Assembly (NCBI GenBank): GCA_965223325.1
Contig: CBDCWI010000002.1
Coordinates: 2,976,001 to 3,040,000, forward strand
Direction of reading: 5' to 3'
Length of the DNA: 64,000 nucleotides
From: Candidatus Multivoradales bacterium
GTDB taxonomy: Bacteria; Acidobacteriota; Thermoanaerobaculia; Multivoradales; Multivoraceae
Shown: positions 11,301-20,580 of the stretch, piece by piece
Numbering within the stretch: the stretch's first letter is position 1
Layout: each line of letters starts with the position of its first letter
The notes under the pieces: model-generated
The model's database searches: none
What the model was told of the DNA's origin: nothing
Seen by the model: the letters and a program-made list of their open reading frames with translations, nothing else
Position numbers and translations under genes: made by a program

Positions 11301-11913
11301 CCTGCGAGCCTTCGAGCGTTACTACAGCCCAGGTGGTGACGCCTGGCCCTACGAACGCCAGGGGCTCTTGAAACTGCGCCCGGTGACTGGTGACGCCGAG
11401 TTCACTCAACAGGTGATGGCGTTGCGCGACAAGATGATCTTCGATGGCTCCGCCCTCGACCTCGACGGCGCCCAGGCGATGCGCGAACGCCAGCTGCTCC
11501 AGCTGGTGACGCCCGGCTCGGTGAACGCCAAGTTCTCTCCGGGCGCCCTGGTCGACGTTGAGTATCTGATCCAGATGCTGCAGCTGCGTTGGGGCACCGA
11601 GGACGAGCTCCTGCGTACACCGAACTCCTTGGCGGTCCTCGAGAGGCTCGAGGCGGCCAAGTATCTCGAACGGGACCTCGCTCGGGATCTGCGCGCGGCC
11701 TACGTCTTCTTGCGGCGGTTGATCGATGCGCTTCGCATCGTGCGCGGCAACGCCGCCGACCTCGCGCTGCCGGCACCGGGTAGCGACGAGATGCGTTTCC
11801 TCGAACGCCGTCTCGACGCCGCCGGCAACCTCGAACAGAGCATCGACCACCATCTCGGCCGAGTGGTCAGAGCGAAACAGCAGATCCTCGAAGCGCTGCG
11901 CGCCGAGAGCTGA
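8329..11913 (+). CDS. glnE: Glutamine synthetase adenylyltransferase GlnE with two inserted ACT-like domains
   Basis: Two nucleotidyltransferase motifs (GKLGGGELNYSSDIDL...VDMRLRPWG; GKAGGREMGFASDIE...LDLRLRPHG) separated by GlnD-like ACT-ACT segments. Confidence 0.9.
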   Translation: MSESESLRDRLQALGPGSEPAVLDALVGYLEPLLPRIADPARARRAFERLLAAHPEPESLLGDLALAPRALEALLVLFAGSSHLTEIVLRDPLALDRVLDVEGLGAHQDANALAERLRAATTGDDWQDHLKLAHEREVLAIATADLLGLIGLERVTGRLSVLAEAVTRIVLERVAASVPTPSPDEGDATAGFVVLAFGKLGGGELNYSSDIDLLFVSRDQAPAWWPVAQRLITGLSRGSRGFLYRVDMRLRPWGREGPLVVSLDSYRDYLTKHAELSELQALLKARPIAGDLELGADVLTMVDPLLRQLDPVEVRTEVANLKTRIEEHLRDRGEAWGHLKEGRGSIRDVEFATQALQLQYASRDQTPLEGNTLRALEQLAERQILSHGQHRTLREGLLFLRTVEHYIQILHNLQAHRLPESGHALTLLARRLGFSDETGANAGERLLDQWQGHALAVRTVYAELLRLDDDGPDAEPELEFPRALAEMPTNYRETFAASDIKLHDELLQAISKDTPAVLSVEALGRHNGRPSYRLTIAGIDFYGELSLLCGLLFSHGANIKSGRIFTASTAPASDRPEPARRSGSRRRSSGPTLEDEIASRPRIVDVFEVTSAAADPDQRWKNFERDLTELVRLRFREGDEAARRAIANRVALALPRERAEEPLGPIEIEVSNPPGQSMTRVEIRARDTVGFLYELTSALTHLGARVEHMVVASDGDRVHDQLFITERTGGAFPESEHARLRIATVLAKHFTHLLPASPEPAAALTHFREMLGDLFARPDWERELSSLERPEVMRRLARLLGISDFLWQDFLRLQHESLFPMVRDLEALEHRKEQSEIESELDEALEEADPSEVQVALNRFKDQEMFRIDLRQILGLYATFGEFSEDLSVLADAVLTRAVALATHRVPWPDGAGTEPRSALFALGKAGGREMGFASDIEILFMVDDCDPWATDVFQRRVQALLGLISHKSDGIFELDLRLRPHGEKGPLAVTLRAFERYYSPGGDAWPYERQGLLKLRPVTGDAEFTQQVMALRDKMIFDGSALDLDGAQAMRERQLLQLVTPGSVNAKFSPGALVDVEYLIQMLQLRWGTEDELLRTPNSLAVLERLEAAKYLERDLARDLRAAYVFLRRLIDALRIVRGNAADLALPAPGSDEMRFLERRLDAAGNLEQSIDHHLGRVVRAKQQILEALRAES

Positions 11914-11936
11914 ACCCGCAGAGGCCCAGCTACCGC

Positions 11937-13718
11937 CTATGGCCCGTCCGGGGCCGCCGCTCCGCCGTTGCGTCGCGGATCGGCAACACCTTGCCAGGAT
12001 TCACCGTCGGGCGAACGCCCGATGGCTGAAACGTTGCCGCTGACACCGTCACGCATTTCGACCTCGTACCCCATCCCCTCCAGCGTCTCTACAACCTCGG
12101 GTTCGAAGCCGTTCTTCTCATAGAAGATGCGATCTGGAAGAGCCTGGTGGTGGAGACGGGGTGCCGCCACTGCCTCTCCCAGGCTCATACCGTGGTCGAG
12201 AACGTTGGAGATCACCTGGAAGACCGTCGTGATGATCGTCGGGCCACCGGGCGAACCAACCACCATGGTGAGGTCTCCGGCCGGATCGAGCACGATGCTC
12301 GGAGTCATCGAGGACAGCATACGCTTGTGGGGAGCGATGGTGTTGGCCTCGCCCTCGACCAACCCGTAGAGGTTTGGTCGCCCAGGGGCCGCTGCGAAGT
12401 CGTCCATCTCGTTGTTGAGCAGAAAGCCCGCCCCTGCAACGGTCACGAAGCTACCGAACGACCCGTTGATGGTGGTGGTGATGGAGGTCGCATTCCCCGC
12501 CTCGTCAACGATCGAGTAATGCGTCGTCTCGCTGCTCTCGCTGGACTGAGCTGGCAACCCGAGATCGAAGTTCGCGGTGGGCGTCGCTTGACCCTCGATG
12601 ATTCCGAGGCGCAGCTCTTGTGCGTACGCGTCAGAGACCAGCCGCTCGATGGGCATGTCGAGAAAGTCGGGGTCCGCCAGATAGCGGTTGCGATCGATGA
12701 ACGCGCGCCGCATGGTTTCGGCCTCGATCTGGATCAGCGCCGAAGACCCGAACGGCGGCAGAGCGTCCCACGCCTCGAGTACGTTGAACAGGATCGCCAA
12801 CGTAACGCCTCCCGAGGAGGGCGGCGGCATGGTGTAGATGGTGTAGCCGCGGTAGCCGAGTGTCACTGGCTCGCGCCACTTGGCCTCGTAGGCCTCGAGA
12901 TCACCGAGAGTGATCAAGCCTTCGCCACGCTCCATCTCTGCAACGATCAGACGGGCCGTTTCTCCGCCATAGAAACCGTCGTGGCCCGAATCCCTGATCC
13001 GTTCGAGTGTCTTCGCCAGGTCAGGTTGGCTGAACTCTGCACCAGCGGCGAGAGGGCTGCCATCGGGAAGGAACTTCTCGGCCGAGGCAGGAAAGGCTTT
13101 CAGCATCGACGTCGCGCGTTCGATCTCACCGGCGCGCGTCGGATCGAGGGTGTGGCCTCTGGCGAGTTCGATAGCCGGCTCAACCAACTCGTTCCAGGGA
13201 AGCGACCCGAGTTCTCGGTGCATCTCCCACAGTCCGGCCACCGAACCCGGAACCCCCGATGCACGATGGCCCACGATGCTTTCGCGCGTTGGCTCACCAT
13301 CTTCGTCGAGATACATGTCGCGCGAGGCGGCGCTCGGCGCCTTCTCGCGAAAGTCGAGCGATCGCACGTCACCTTCCGCCGAACGATAGACGAGGAAACC
13401 TCCCCCACCGATGTTTCCGGCACGTGGCAGAACGACGGCGAGCGCAAGGCCCGTCGCGACGGCGGAATCAATAGCATTGCCCCCCCGCGCAAGAACCTCA
13501 GCACCTACCTGCGACGCCAGCGGGTGGCCACTGGTCACCATGCCGCGTGCCGACTCGACGACCTCGACGTCTCCGCCGACTTCGAACTCGGTTGTGCGCA
13601 GCGAAACCGGCTCGAGAGAAATATCAGGCTCATCCGCACGCTGGCGGCAAGCGAAGAGGGACAGCGCGATGACCCCGAGAATCAGACTGGTCCGGAGTCT
13701 GGAGATGAAGGTGCTCAT
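11937..13718 (-). CDS. ggt: Gamma-glutamyltransferase, probable lipoprotein
   Basis: GGNAIDSAVA, GNIGGGGF, DFREKAP, nucleophile ETTHYS, LNNEMDDF, LSSMTP, GSPGG; lipobox-like LFAC. Confidence 0.95.
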   Translation of the reverse strand: MSTFISRLRTSLILGVIALSLFACRQRADEPDISLEPVSLRTTEFEVGGDVEVVESARGMVTSGHPLASQVGAEVLARGGNAIDSAVATGLALAVVLPRAGNIGGGGFLVYRSAEGDVRSLDFREKAPSAASRDMYLDEDGEPTRESIVGHRASGVPGSVAGLWEMHRELGSLPWNELVEPAIELARGHTLDPTRAGEIERATSMLKAFPASAEKFLPDGSPLAAGAEFSQPDLAKTLERIRDSGHDGFYGGETARLIVAEMERGEGLITLGDLEAYEAKWREPVTLGYRGYTIYTMPPPSSGGVTLAILFNVLEAWDALPPFGSSALIQIEAETMRRAFIDRNRYLADPDFLDMPIERLVSDAYAQELRLGIIEGQATPTANFDLGLPAQSSESSETTHYSIVDEAGNATSITTTINGSFGSFVTVAGAGFLLNNEMDDFAAAPGRPNLYGLVEGEANTIAPHKRMLSSMTPSIVLDPAGDLTMVVGSPGGPTIITTVFQVISNVLDHGMSLGEAVAAPRLHHQALPDRIFYEKNGFEPEVVETLEGMGYEVEMRDGVSGNVSAIGRSPDGESWQGVADPRRNGGAAAPDGP

Positions 13719-13824
13719 GGCGCTCGATCCTACCGGTCGTTGGATTCGGCGCGCTGGTAAGCTCACGCCCCGTTCCCCCCAAGACAGCATTTGCCAACAC
13801 GCCAGACCTTTGGAGGGCCTGCCG

Positions 13825-14928
13825 ATGACGCTTCCCGACCTCACCCTCGGAATCGAGGAGGAGTACCAGATCGTCGACCCGAACACCTGGGAGCTTTCGT
13901 CGCGGATCCAGGAACTGCTCGAACAGGGTGAACCGATCCTGGAGGACCAGATCAAGGCCGAAATGATGCAGTCTCAGGTCGAGATCGGGACGAAGGTCTG
14001 CCGCGACATGGGAGAGGCGCGTGACGAGCTCGTGCGCCTCCGGCGCACGGTCGGCGAAATGGTGGAAGACAACGGCGCCCGACTGGTCGCGGCAAGTACC
14101 CATCCGTTCTCGCAATGGAAGCAACAGGACATAACCGCTGCCGACCGCTACCTGCGCCTCGAGACCGACATGGGTGAGGTGGCACGCCGGCTTCTCATCT
14201 TCGGCATGCACGTGCACGTTGGCATTCCAGACCGCGAACTCCTGATCGACGTCATGAGCCAGTCGCTTTACTTTCTGCCGCACGTCCTGGCGCTGTCGAC
14301 GAGCTCACCTTTCTGGCACGGCCGCGACACTGGGCTCAAGTCCTACCGTGCCGTGGTGCTCGAGAACCTGCCGCGGTCAGGCATGCCGCCGCACTTCACC
14401 TCCTACGCCGAGTTCGAGCGCTTCGTCGACGTGCTGATTCGTACGAAGAGCATCGATGACCCAACGAAGATCTGGTGGGACGTGCGACCTCATCCGAAGT
14501 TTCCCACCATCGAGTTCCGCATCTGCGACATCTGCACACGCATCGAAGAGACCTTGTGCGTAACAGCCCTCATCCAGGCGATTGTCGCCAAGCTGATCAA
14601 ACTGCGCCACAACAACCAGGCCTGGCGGCGCTATCCCAAGCACATGATCGAGGAGAACAAGTGGCGTGCCGTCCGCTACGGAATCGAAGGGCAACTGATC
14701 GATTTCGGCAAGCGGCAGGAAGTCCCCATGCGCTTCCTGGCGATAGAGCTCCTGGAGTTCGTCGACGACGTCGTCGACGATCTGGGAAGTCGCAAAGAAG
14801 TCGAGTACGCACACCACATTCTCGAGCACGGAACGTCTGCCGATCGCCAGCGCAAGGTCTTCGCTGAAACGGAATCACTCGAGGCAGTGGTCGAGCACCT
14901 GGCGAAAGAAACCCGCGAAGGCTGCTAA
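13825..14928 (+). CDS. Carboxylate-amine ligase (YbdK / glutamate-cysteine ligase 2 family)
   Basis: TLGIEEEYQIVD, FGMHVHVG, ALSTSSPFW, WWDVRPHP.FPTIEFRICD. Confidence 0.93.
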   Translation: MTLPDLTLGIEEEYQIVDPNTWELSSRIQELLEQGEPILEDQIKAEMMQSQVEIGTKVCRDMGEARDELVRLRRTVGEMVEDNGARLVAASTHPFSQWKQQDITAADRYLRLETDMGEVARRLLIFGMHVHVGIPDRELLIDVMSQSLYFLPHVLALSTSSPFWHGRDTGLKSYRAVVLENLPRSGMPPHFTSYAEFERFVDVLIRTKSIDDPTKIWWDVRPHPKFPTIEFRICDICTRIEETLCVTALIQAIVAKLIKLRHNNQAWRRYPKHMIEENKWRAVRYGIEGQLIDFGKRQEVPMRFLAIELLEFVDDVVDDLGSRKEVEYAHHILEHGTSADRQRKVFAETESLEAVVEHLAKETREGC

Positions 14929-14935
14929 ACCACTC

Positions 14936-16066
14936 CTACGACAACCTACGGAAACCCAACCCGAAGATCAGGATCAACACAAAGCCCACGGAGAGCCACC
15001 AGCGACCCTTGGACCACAGCCAGATGATCTCGGGCTCGGTGAGAACGGCACTTCGATAGCCGTGCGCTGCTTTGTCGTGCCCGGCCGGCAGTCCCCGCTC
15101 GATCTCCTCGATCAAGATCGGATCCAATCGATGATTGTCCTTGCGCCGACCGGCTGAGTCGAGAAACGCCGAATAGTAGCGCTCGGTCAGGCGGTGTTCA
15201 TGCCAGGCCGTCACCCAATCCTGGTCGCTGCGTGCCTGGTTGCGTTTCGTGACGTGGTAGCTCGCCTCGGTGCGCAACCGATCTTCCAGTTCGAGCGGAT
15301 GCGGAAGACGTGGCTTCCTGTCCTTCCAGCGCTCGCGCCGCTCGACACTGAGTCGTTCGAGGGTCTCCTTGTCATAGTAGCTGCGCATCGTCCCCAGTTC
15401 CGGGTCCTCGATCTCGTATCCAAGATGGGCACGGTGAACGAACGCCCCAACCGCCAGAACGAGGAGCATGGCGAGGCACGCCGCCAGCCGACGACCCGCC
15501 GAGCGAAGACCTGCACCCCAAGCAGCCCAACCGAAAACCGCGAACCCCAGCAGCACACCGGCCAGCACCGCAGCGACGTTGATGCGAATGTCGTAGATCT
15601 CACCTACCCGCGTCGCCGCAAGAGCCTGCACGCCCTCGTCGAGGACCCCGACCAGGGTGCCTCCGAGGAACGCCGCGAGCGCTTCGTAGATCCCCGCGAC
15701 CGCTGGTGAGCGTCTGAACCCGCGGTAGCAGAGCAAGCCGATCAACGAGTAGAGCGCCAGGTGGAGCCGCTCGACCGCGAGCGTGACGAGGGGCCGGCCA
15801 GTTTCAAAGCCAAAGGCCAGCAGCAAGACGAGCGCGACCACCAGGAAAACCACGCGCATCGACCTCTCGCTCCGGGGCGCTTTCAAGAGCTGGCGCACGA
15901 CCCAGGCGAGCATCGACAGCGCAACGAGAGCGAGCACTGCGGCCACAACGACCAGAAAGGTGCCATCGGAGAACCGCTGGCGGAACAACACCTGGGCCGT
16001 TCCCCAGAACGGGGCGAGCGCCAGGAGGCATAGAGCCAGAGCCAGTGGTGCGATGAAGGGCCGCAT
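14936..16066 (-). CDS. VanZ-like membrane protein
   Basis: Multiple TM helices; ERLHLALY...LDEGVQ...RVGEIYDIRIN; start uncertain (16066 or 16087). Confidence 0.7.
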   Translation of the reverse strand: MRPFIAPLALALCLLALAPFWGTAQVLFRQRFSDGTFLVVVAAVLALVALSMLAWVVRQLLKAPRSERSMRVVFLVVALVLLLAFGFETGRPLVTLAVERLHLALYSLIGLLCYRGFRRSPAVAGIYEALAAFLGGTLVGVLDEGVQALAATRVGEIYDIRINVAAVLAGVLLGFAVFGWAAWGAGLRSAGRRLAACLAMLLVLAVGAFVHRAHLGYEIEDPELGTMRSYYDKETLERLSVERRERWKDRKPRLPHPLELEDRLRTEASYHVTKRNQARSDQDWVTAWHEHRLTERYYSAFLDSAGRRKDNHRLDPILIEEIERGLPAGHDKAAHGYRSAVLTEPEIIWLWSKGRWWLSVGFVLILIFGLGFRRLS

Positions 16067-16122
16067 CAGAGCCCTCCATCCTGACACGACGTAAGCCCTA
16101 CGCCGGTTACCTGGTCACCTCA

Positions 16123-18081
16123 TCAAACGACGGCCAGAGCTTCGGGCTGTTCGTCCAGAGCTCGGCGCACCGCCTCGCCGATCGCCGCCCTCGTGTAGGG
16201 CTTGGGCACGTACTGGCGGGCACCGCCGTCGAGCGCCTCGGCAATGCGACCCCGTTGCGAAAACCCGCTGGCGATTACGCAACGCTGAGCCGGGCGGCGG
16301 CGCAGAATGTGGCGCAACGTGGTCAGACCGTCGAAGTCCTCCTCCATCACCATGTCGAGAATCACCACGTCGGCGTCGTGCTCACCCAGCCACTCGATGG
16401 CTTCGCGCCCTGAACAAACAGCCTCCACGGCGTACCCGAGGTCACCGAGCAAACTCGCCGCCAGCTCGCGCTGTTCCGGCTCGTCGTCGACAACCAGGAT
16501 CTTCTCCTCGCCCTCGAACGACGTGGGACGAGGCAGGGTCAAGACGCCAGAGACTCCCTCGAGCGTCGGCAGGTAGACCCGGAAAGTCGTGCCCTCGCTG
16601 GGATGGCCGGTCAAGACGTCAACGCACCCACCCATATCTCGCACCACACCCCAGACGACGGCCAGACCGAGACCGGTTCCGCTACGACCCAGTTTGCGGG
16701 TGGCGTAGAACGGTTCGAAGATCCGCCCCAGGTCGTCAGCATCGATCGGCGGCCCTGAATCTGAGACTTCGATCATCGAGTAGGTACCCGCCGGATTCGG
16801 TTCGTAGCCCACGACGTCTTCTTCGAGCACCACCGGGCGCACGACCAGACTGACATGACCTGAACCGCCGGTCGCGTCGAACGCGTTGGCGAGCAGGTTG
16901 ACGACCACCTGCGTCAGGTGAGCCCCAGAGCCTTCGATCGGACGCACGTGCTCGTTGACGTCAAAGACCAGCTTGACCCCCGGAAAGCGCTCCTGTAGCT
17001 CCGTGACAATGGTGGACTCGCTGCAACTCTGGACGACTTCCGGTATCCGCACCGCCTGACTGGTCCAGGCGCTCCGGCGAGAGAGTGTCAACAGATCCTG
17101 AATGACCGCCGCCGCACGCTGAGCGCTCTGCTTGATGACCATCAACCAGCGCCGCTGTGGACTGTCTGGATCGACATGTTCGGCGATCAGGTCGGGATAG
17201 CCGACGATCGGACCCAGAATGTTGTTGAGATCGTGGGCGACTCCGCCTGCGAGGAACCCCAGAGACTCCATGCGCTCGGAACGCTCCAGCCGCACCTGCA
17301 GATCGCGTTCTCGATCCTGCAGTTCCTTGAGCTCGGCAACCCAGGCCGAAAGCTCGCCGTGTGCCGTGCGCAGCTCTTCATCCCGGGTTTCGACTTCCTC
17401 GAGCATACGGTTGAAGGTTCGCGTCAGCCGCTTGAGTTCGGGATCGCGAGGCTCGGCAGCGCGCAGTGAAAAATCGCCAGTCACCGAGACCTGGCCGGCG
17501 ACGTCGGCAAGGTCTGAGAGCGGTCGCCACAAGAGCGTCGCCCAAAGCCGGGAGAGTAGAGCCATCGAGAGGGCACAAACGGCGACCAGCAGACTGAGAA
17601 GTAGCCACTCACGGGCCAGCATGCCGTTCCAGGACAACTTGCGTTGGGCGAGGACCAGTTTGTAGCCATCCATGCCCGGCGGTTCACGCGCCACCAGCAG
17701 CAGGCCATCGATTTCGGCGCCGCGACGGCGCGAGGCTCGTTCGAGCCAGTCACCCGGAAGCTTCTCGAGCTCGATTGGTTGCGTGCCAACCCGCGCGTGT
17801 ACCTGACGTCCTGGATCGAACAGAAGCGTTTCGGCGATCTCGGAATCTGCCTGCACGAAAGAAATCGCCTTATGGGTGGGGCTCGGTAGGCGAGCCAGCG
17901 TCTCGGCTGCGACCAGCGCGTACACGTCTGCCTGGCGCGCCAGGGCCTCGAGACCCTGCTGCTCGTAGAGCCGCGATCTCTCGGCGAGATAGAGCACCAC
18001 GGCCAGCGAGACCGCAGCCATCGCCGCGATCAACGTCGTGTTCCTCAGTCGTTTCCGAAAGCTGGTGCTGGGGAGATTCAT
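16123..18081 (-). CDS. Hybrid sensor histidine kinase (TM-HAMP-HisKA-HATPase-receiver)
   Basis: LAGGVAHDLNNIL H-box, NLLANA, GTGLGL, C-terminal receiver ILVVDDE...LDMVM...KPY. Confidence 0.95.
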   Translation of the reverse strand: MNLPSTSFRKRLRNTTLIAAMAAVSLAVVLYLAERSRLYEQQGLEALARQADVYALVAAETLARLPSPTHKAISFVQADSEIAETLLFDPGRQVHARVGTQPIELEKLPGDWLERASRRRGAEIDGLLLVAREPPGMDGYKLVLAQRKLSWNGMLAREWLLLSLLVAVCALSMALLSRLWATLLWRPLSDLADVAGQVSVTGDFSLRAAEPRDPELKRLTRTFNRMLEEVETRDEELRTAHGELSAWVAELKELQDRERDLQVRLERSERMESLGFLAGGVAHDLNNILGPIVGYPDLIAEHVDPDSPQRRWLMVIKQSAQRAAAVIQDLLTLSRRSAWTSQAVRIPEVVQSCSESTIVTELQERFPGVKLVFDVNEHVRPIEGSGAHLTQVVVNLLANAFDATGGSGHVSLVVRPVVLEEDVVGYEPNPAGTYSMIEVSDSGPPIDADDLGRIFEPFYATRKLGRSGTGLGLAVVWGVVRDMGGCVDVLTGHPSEGTTFRVYLPTLEGVSGVLTLPRPTSFEGEEKILVVDDEPEQRELAASLLGDLGYAVEAVCSGREAIEWLGEHDADVVILDMVMEEDFDGLTTLRHILRRRPAQRCVIASGFSQRGRIAEALDGGARQYVPKPYTRAAIGEAVRRALDEQPEALAVV

Positions 18082-18360
18082 GGCAGGATCGGTCTCGGCA
18101 CTTTCAGGAGCAGAAAGGCCACATCAAGTTATCGATTGTATCATATATTTCTATTAATTCGCTGATAACTACACTGCGTGGTGCGCAAGCGAGCGGCCCC
18201 GTCCGCACACCACGTCAGGCCTCGACTCACAGGAATAGGCTGGGGTCCTCGCCCGGTTGCCATGCGCAGATTCCGCACTCGGATCCCCCTGCGGGGGGAC
18301 CTGGACCGGTTCCCGACGCGCCGACCCAAAGCCCCGAAGGGCCCAACGGAGGACTTGCCA

Positions 18361-19500
18361 TTGAACACCACCACCTCCGCCACGGGTGTCCTGAGCGGGC
18401 TTCTGCTCGCGTTTCTGGCCTACTCAGCCGGCGCCCCAACCATTGCCCAGGAGGTCGACGCGCCGGCACCGGAACTGGTCGTTGAAGCCCAGGAGTGGAT
18501 CCAGGGCGGCGCTCGCCCGGACTGGTCGGCGCGCGGCGACTGGGTGGCCTTCGACCGCCGAGACGCCGACGGTCGCTACCAGGTCTGGGCGCGCGACGTG
18601 GTCGCGGGAGGAGAACGCTGCATCACCTGCGACCTCGCCAACGTTCGCAAGAACAACAACCTGAGCCCCGCCTGGCACCCTTCGGGTGAGTACCTGGCGT
18701 TCCTCTCGCAGAGCTACCCCAAGAAGCTCGATCTCGAACCGCAGGACCTGGTGACCCCGGACCGCGGCCTGCACACCGAGATCTACCTGGCGCGCTTCGA
18801 CCGCAAGGGGTTCTGGCAGTTGACGCGCATCGATGACCTGGGCTCGGCAGCTCTCGATCCCCACTTCTCGTTCGACGGCGACCGCCTTGCCTGGGCCGAG
18901 CGCATGGGCACCAAGACCGGGCACTACGGAAGTTGGCGCCTGCGGACTGCCAAGTTGGCGATCAAGCGCGGAGTCCCGAGGCTGGGGTCGCCGAAGTCCT
19001 ACCGCGTTGGTGACCAAGAGGGCATTCGGCTGGCTCACGAGTTCAGCCCCGACGACCAGGGGCTCCTGATCTCAGGCAACCTGCAAGACGGTCAACCCGA
19101 AACCGGCATCGACCTGTATCGGCTCGACCTCGGCAGCAGAGAGCTCACCCGGCTGACCCGCTCACGCCCGCACGCCGACGGGCATGCCCATGTCACGCCA
19201 CGCGGCGAACACGTCGTCTGGTCGACCAACATCGGCCAGTACCCGCGTGAACCGCCGCGCGTTCTCGATCCCCGCTTGCTCCGCGATCTCTGGATCATGC
19301 GCATCGACGGCAGCGAAAAGAGTCGACTCACCCACTTCAACGCCTCGTCGCGCGAAGAGTCACTTGGCGAGGCCTGGGTCGGCGACTTCTCGTTCTCACC
19401 CGAGGGTCATCGCCTGGCGGTACACGTCATGTCGCCAGCGGCGGGCGAGGTGAAGGAAGCGATCTGGCTTCTGACCCTCGATGAGTCCTTTCGCCGTTAG
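18361..19500 (+). CDS. Secreted TolB-like (PD40 repeat) beta-propeller protein
   Basis: Repeated PDWS/PAWHPSG/PHFSFDG/FSPD/FSPEG motifs; GGAGG before TTG 18361; signal peptide. Confidence 0.75.
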   Translation: MNTTTSATGVLSGLLLAFLAYSAGAPTIAQEVDAPAPELVVEAQEWIQGGARPDWSARGDWVAFDRRDADGRYQVWARDVVAGGERCITCDLANVRKNNNLSPAWHPSGEYLAFLSQSYPKKLDLEPQDLVTPDRGLHTEIYLARFDRKGFWQLTRIDDLGSAALDPHFSFDGDRLAWAERMGTKTGHYGSWRLRTAKLAIKRGVPRLGSPKSYRVGDQEGIRLAHEFSPDDQGLLISGNLQDGQPETGIDLYRLDLGSRELTRLTRSRPHADGHAHVTPRGEHVVWSTNIGQYPREPPRVLDPRLLRDLWIMRIDGSEKSRLTHFNASSREESLGEAWVGDFSFSPEGHRLAVHVMSPAAGEVKEAIWLLTLDESFRR

Positions 19501-19603
19501 CGACACGTCGGACCGCACAGGGCACGCTTCGACCGCAAAACCCGTATTCCTCGTCTTATAGAATTTCCGCGGAGGACCAGCGCCACCCAGGTCTCGATCC
19601 GCA

Positions 19604-19984
19604 ATGCACTCAGATCAACTTCCCCCTCAAGCCCGAGCCAACGGTGGCTTCACCCTGGTTGAGGTCGTCATCGCCCTTCTGCTGGTGGCGATCGCTCTCA
19701 CGATGACCCTTCCGCTGCTCGTCGAACAGCCGCGCATCCAGGCGCGTCTCGAGGCAAAACGCGACGCCCTGATCGCCATCGAAGGAGGGCTCGAAGCGGT
19801 TCGCGCAGGGGCACTACCGCTCGTGCCTGGCACCATCCAGATCGACGACACCTCGCCAGAACTCTTCCTGACGGTTGAGCCCAACAGGATCCCCGACCTC
19901 TACGACGTCACCGTCGAAGCGCGCTGGACCCTGCAGAACCGGGATTGGAAGAGTTCGATCAGCACCCGGGTCTGGCGACCATGA
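19604..19984 (+). CDS. Prepilin-type (pseudopilin) protein
   Basis: Class III signal G|FTLVEV followed by a hydrophobic helix. Confidence 0.85.
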   Translation: MHSDQLPPQARANGGFTLVEVVIALLLVAIALTMTLPLLVEQPRIQARLEAKRDALIAIEGGLEAVRAGALPLVPGTIQIDDTSPELFLTVEPNRIPDLYDVTVEARWTLQNRDWKSSISTRVWRP

Positions 19985-20580
19985 AGAAGAGCGCTCTTTC
20001 GAGCAGAGAGGCTGGCTTCACCATCCTCGAGCTGGTCATCGCCAGCACCGTCCTGCTGGTCGTTCTGTTGTTGGCTGGCCAGATTCTGGTCGAATCCCGG
20101 CGCATGATGCATCGTTCGGCGCTCAACCGAACGGACCGGGCGCCCGAGTCTGCCCTCACGCTCCTGCGACGCGACATCCACGCCGCCCGCGCGATCGACG
20201 GTGCAGCACCGATCGTCTTCACCAGCGAGACGCTCACGCTTGTCTTGCCCCAGAGCGTCATCGCCTACCGTTTGGCGATCGGGAAGACCGAGGAAGTAGA
20301 AGACCTGGAGGAGATGCGGCGCGGCTGCCTCTACCGCACTGTCTGGAACGAAAAGGGCGAGCTGGTCGGCCGGCGCTGTGCGCTCGCGGGCGTTTCGTCT
20401 TTCCGCTGGCGCCAACTCGGTTCGAACCTGGTTGAAGTCGAGGCCAAACGCCTCCTCGAGCATTCGACACCCGGCACACAGCTCATGGCAGACAACCGCT
20501 TTTTCAAGGATGGGCTCCAAGAGGACGACTTTCGCATGATCGCGGCCCTGCGCGGCGGCCGGAACGGCGCATCGTGGTGA
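19981..20580 (+). CDS. Prepilin-type (PulJ/PilW-like) protein
   Basis: G|FTILEL; ATGA overlap with the upstream pilin gene. Confidence 0.85.
   Translation: MKKSALSSREAGFTILELVIASTVLLVVLLLAGQILVESRRMMHRSALNRTDRAPESALTLLRRDIHAARAIDGAAPIVFTSETLTLVLPQSVIAYRLAIGKTEEVEDLEEMRRGCLYRTVWNEKGELVGRRCALAGVSSFRWRQLGSNLVEVEAKRLLEHSTPGTQLMADNRFFKDGLQEDDFRMIAALRGGRNGASW

Noticed and set aside
9163-13760. Long antisense ORFs such as 9163-10539 and 12147-13760, with many similar ones elsewhere
   Set aside because: Shadow ORFs of high-GC3 genes on the opposite strand, with no recognisable motifs
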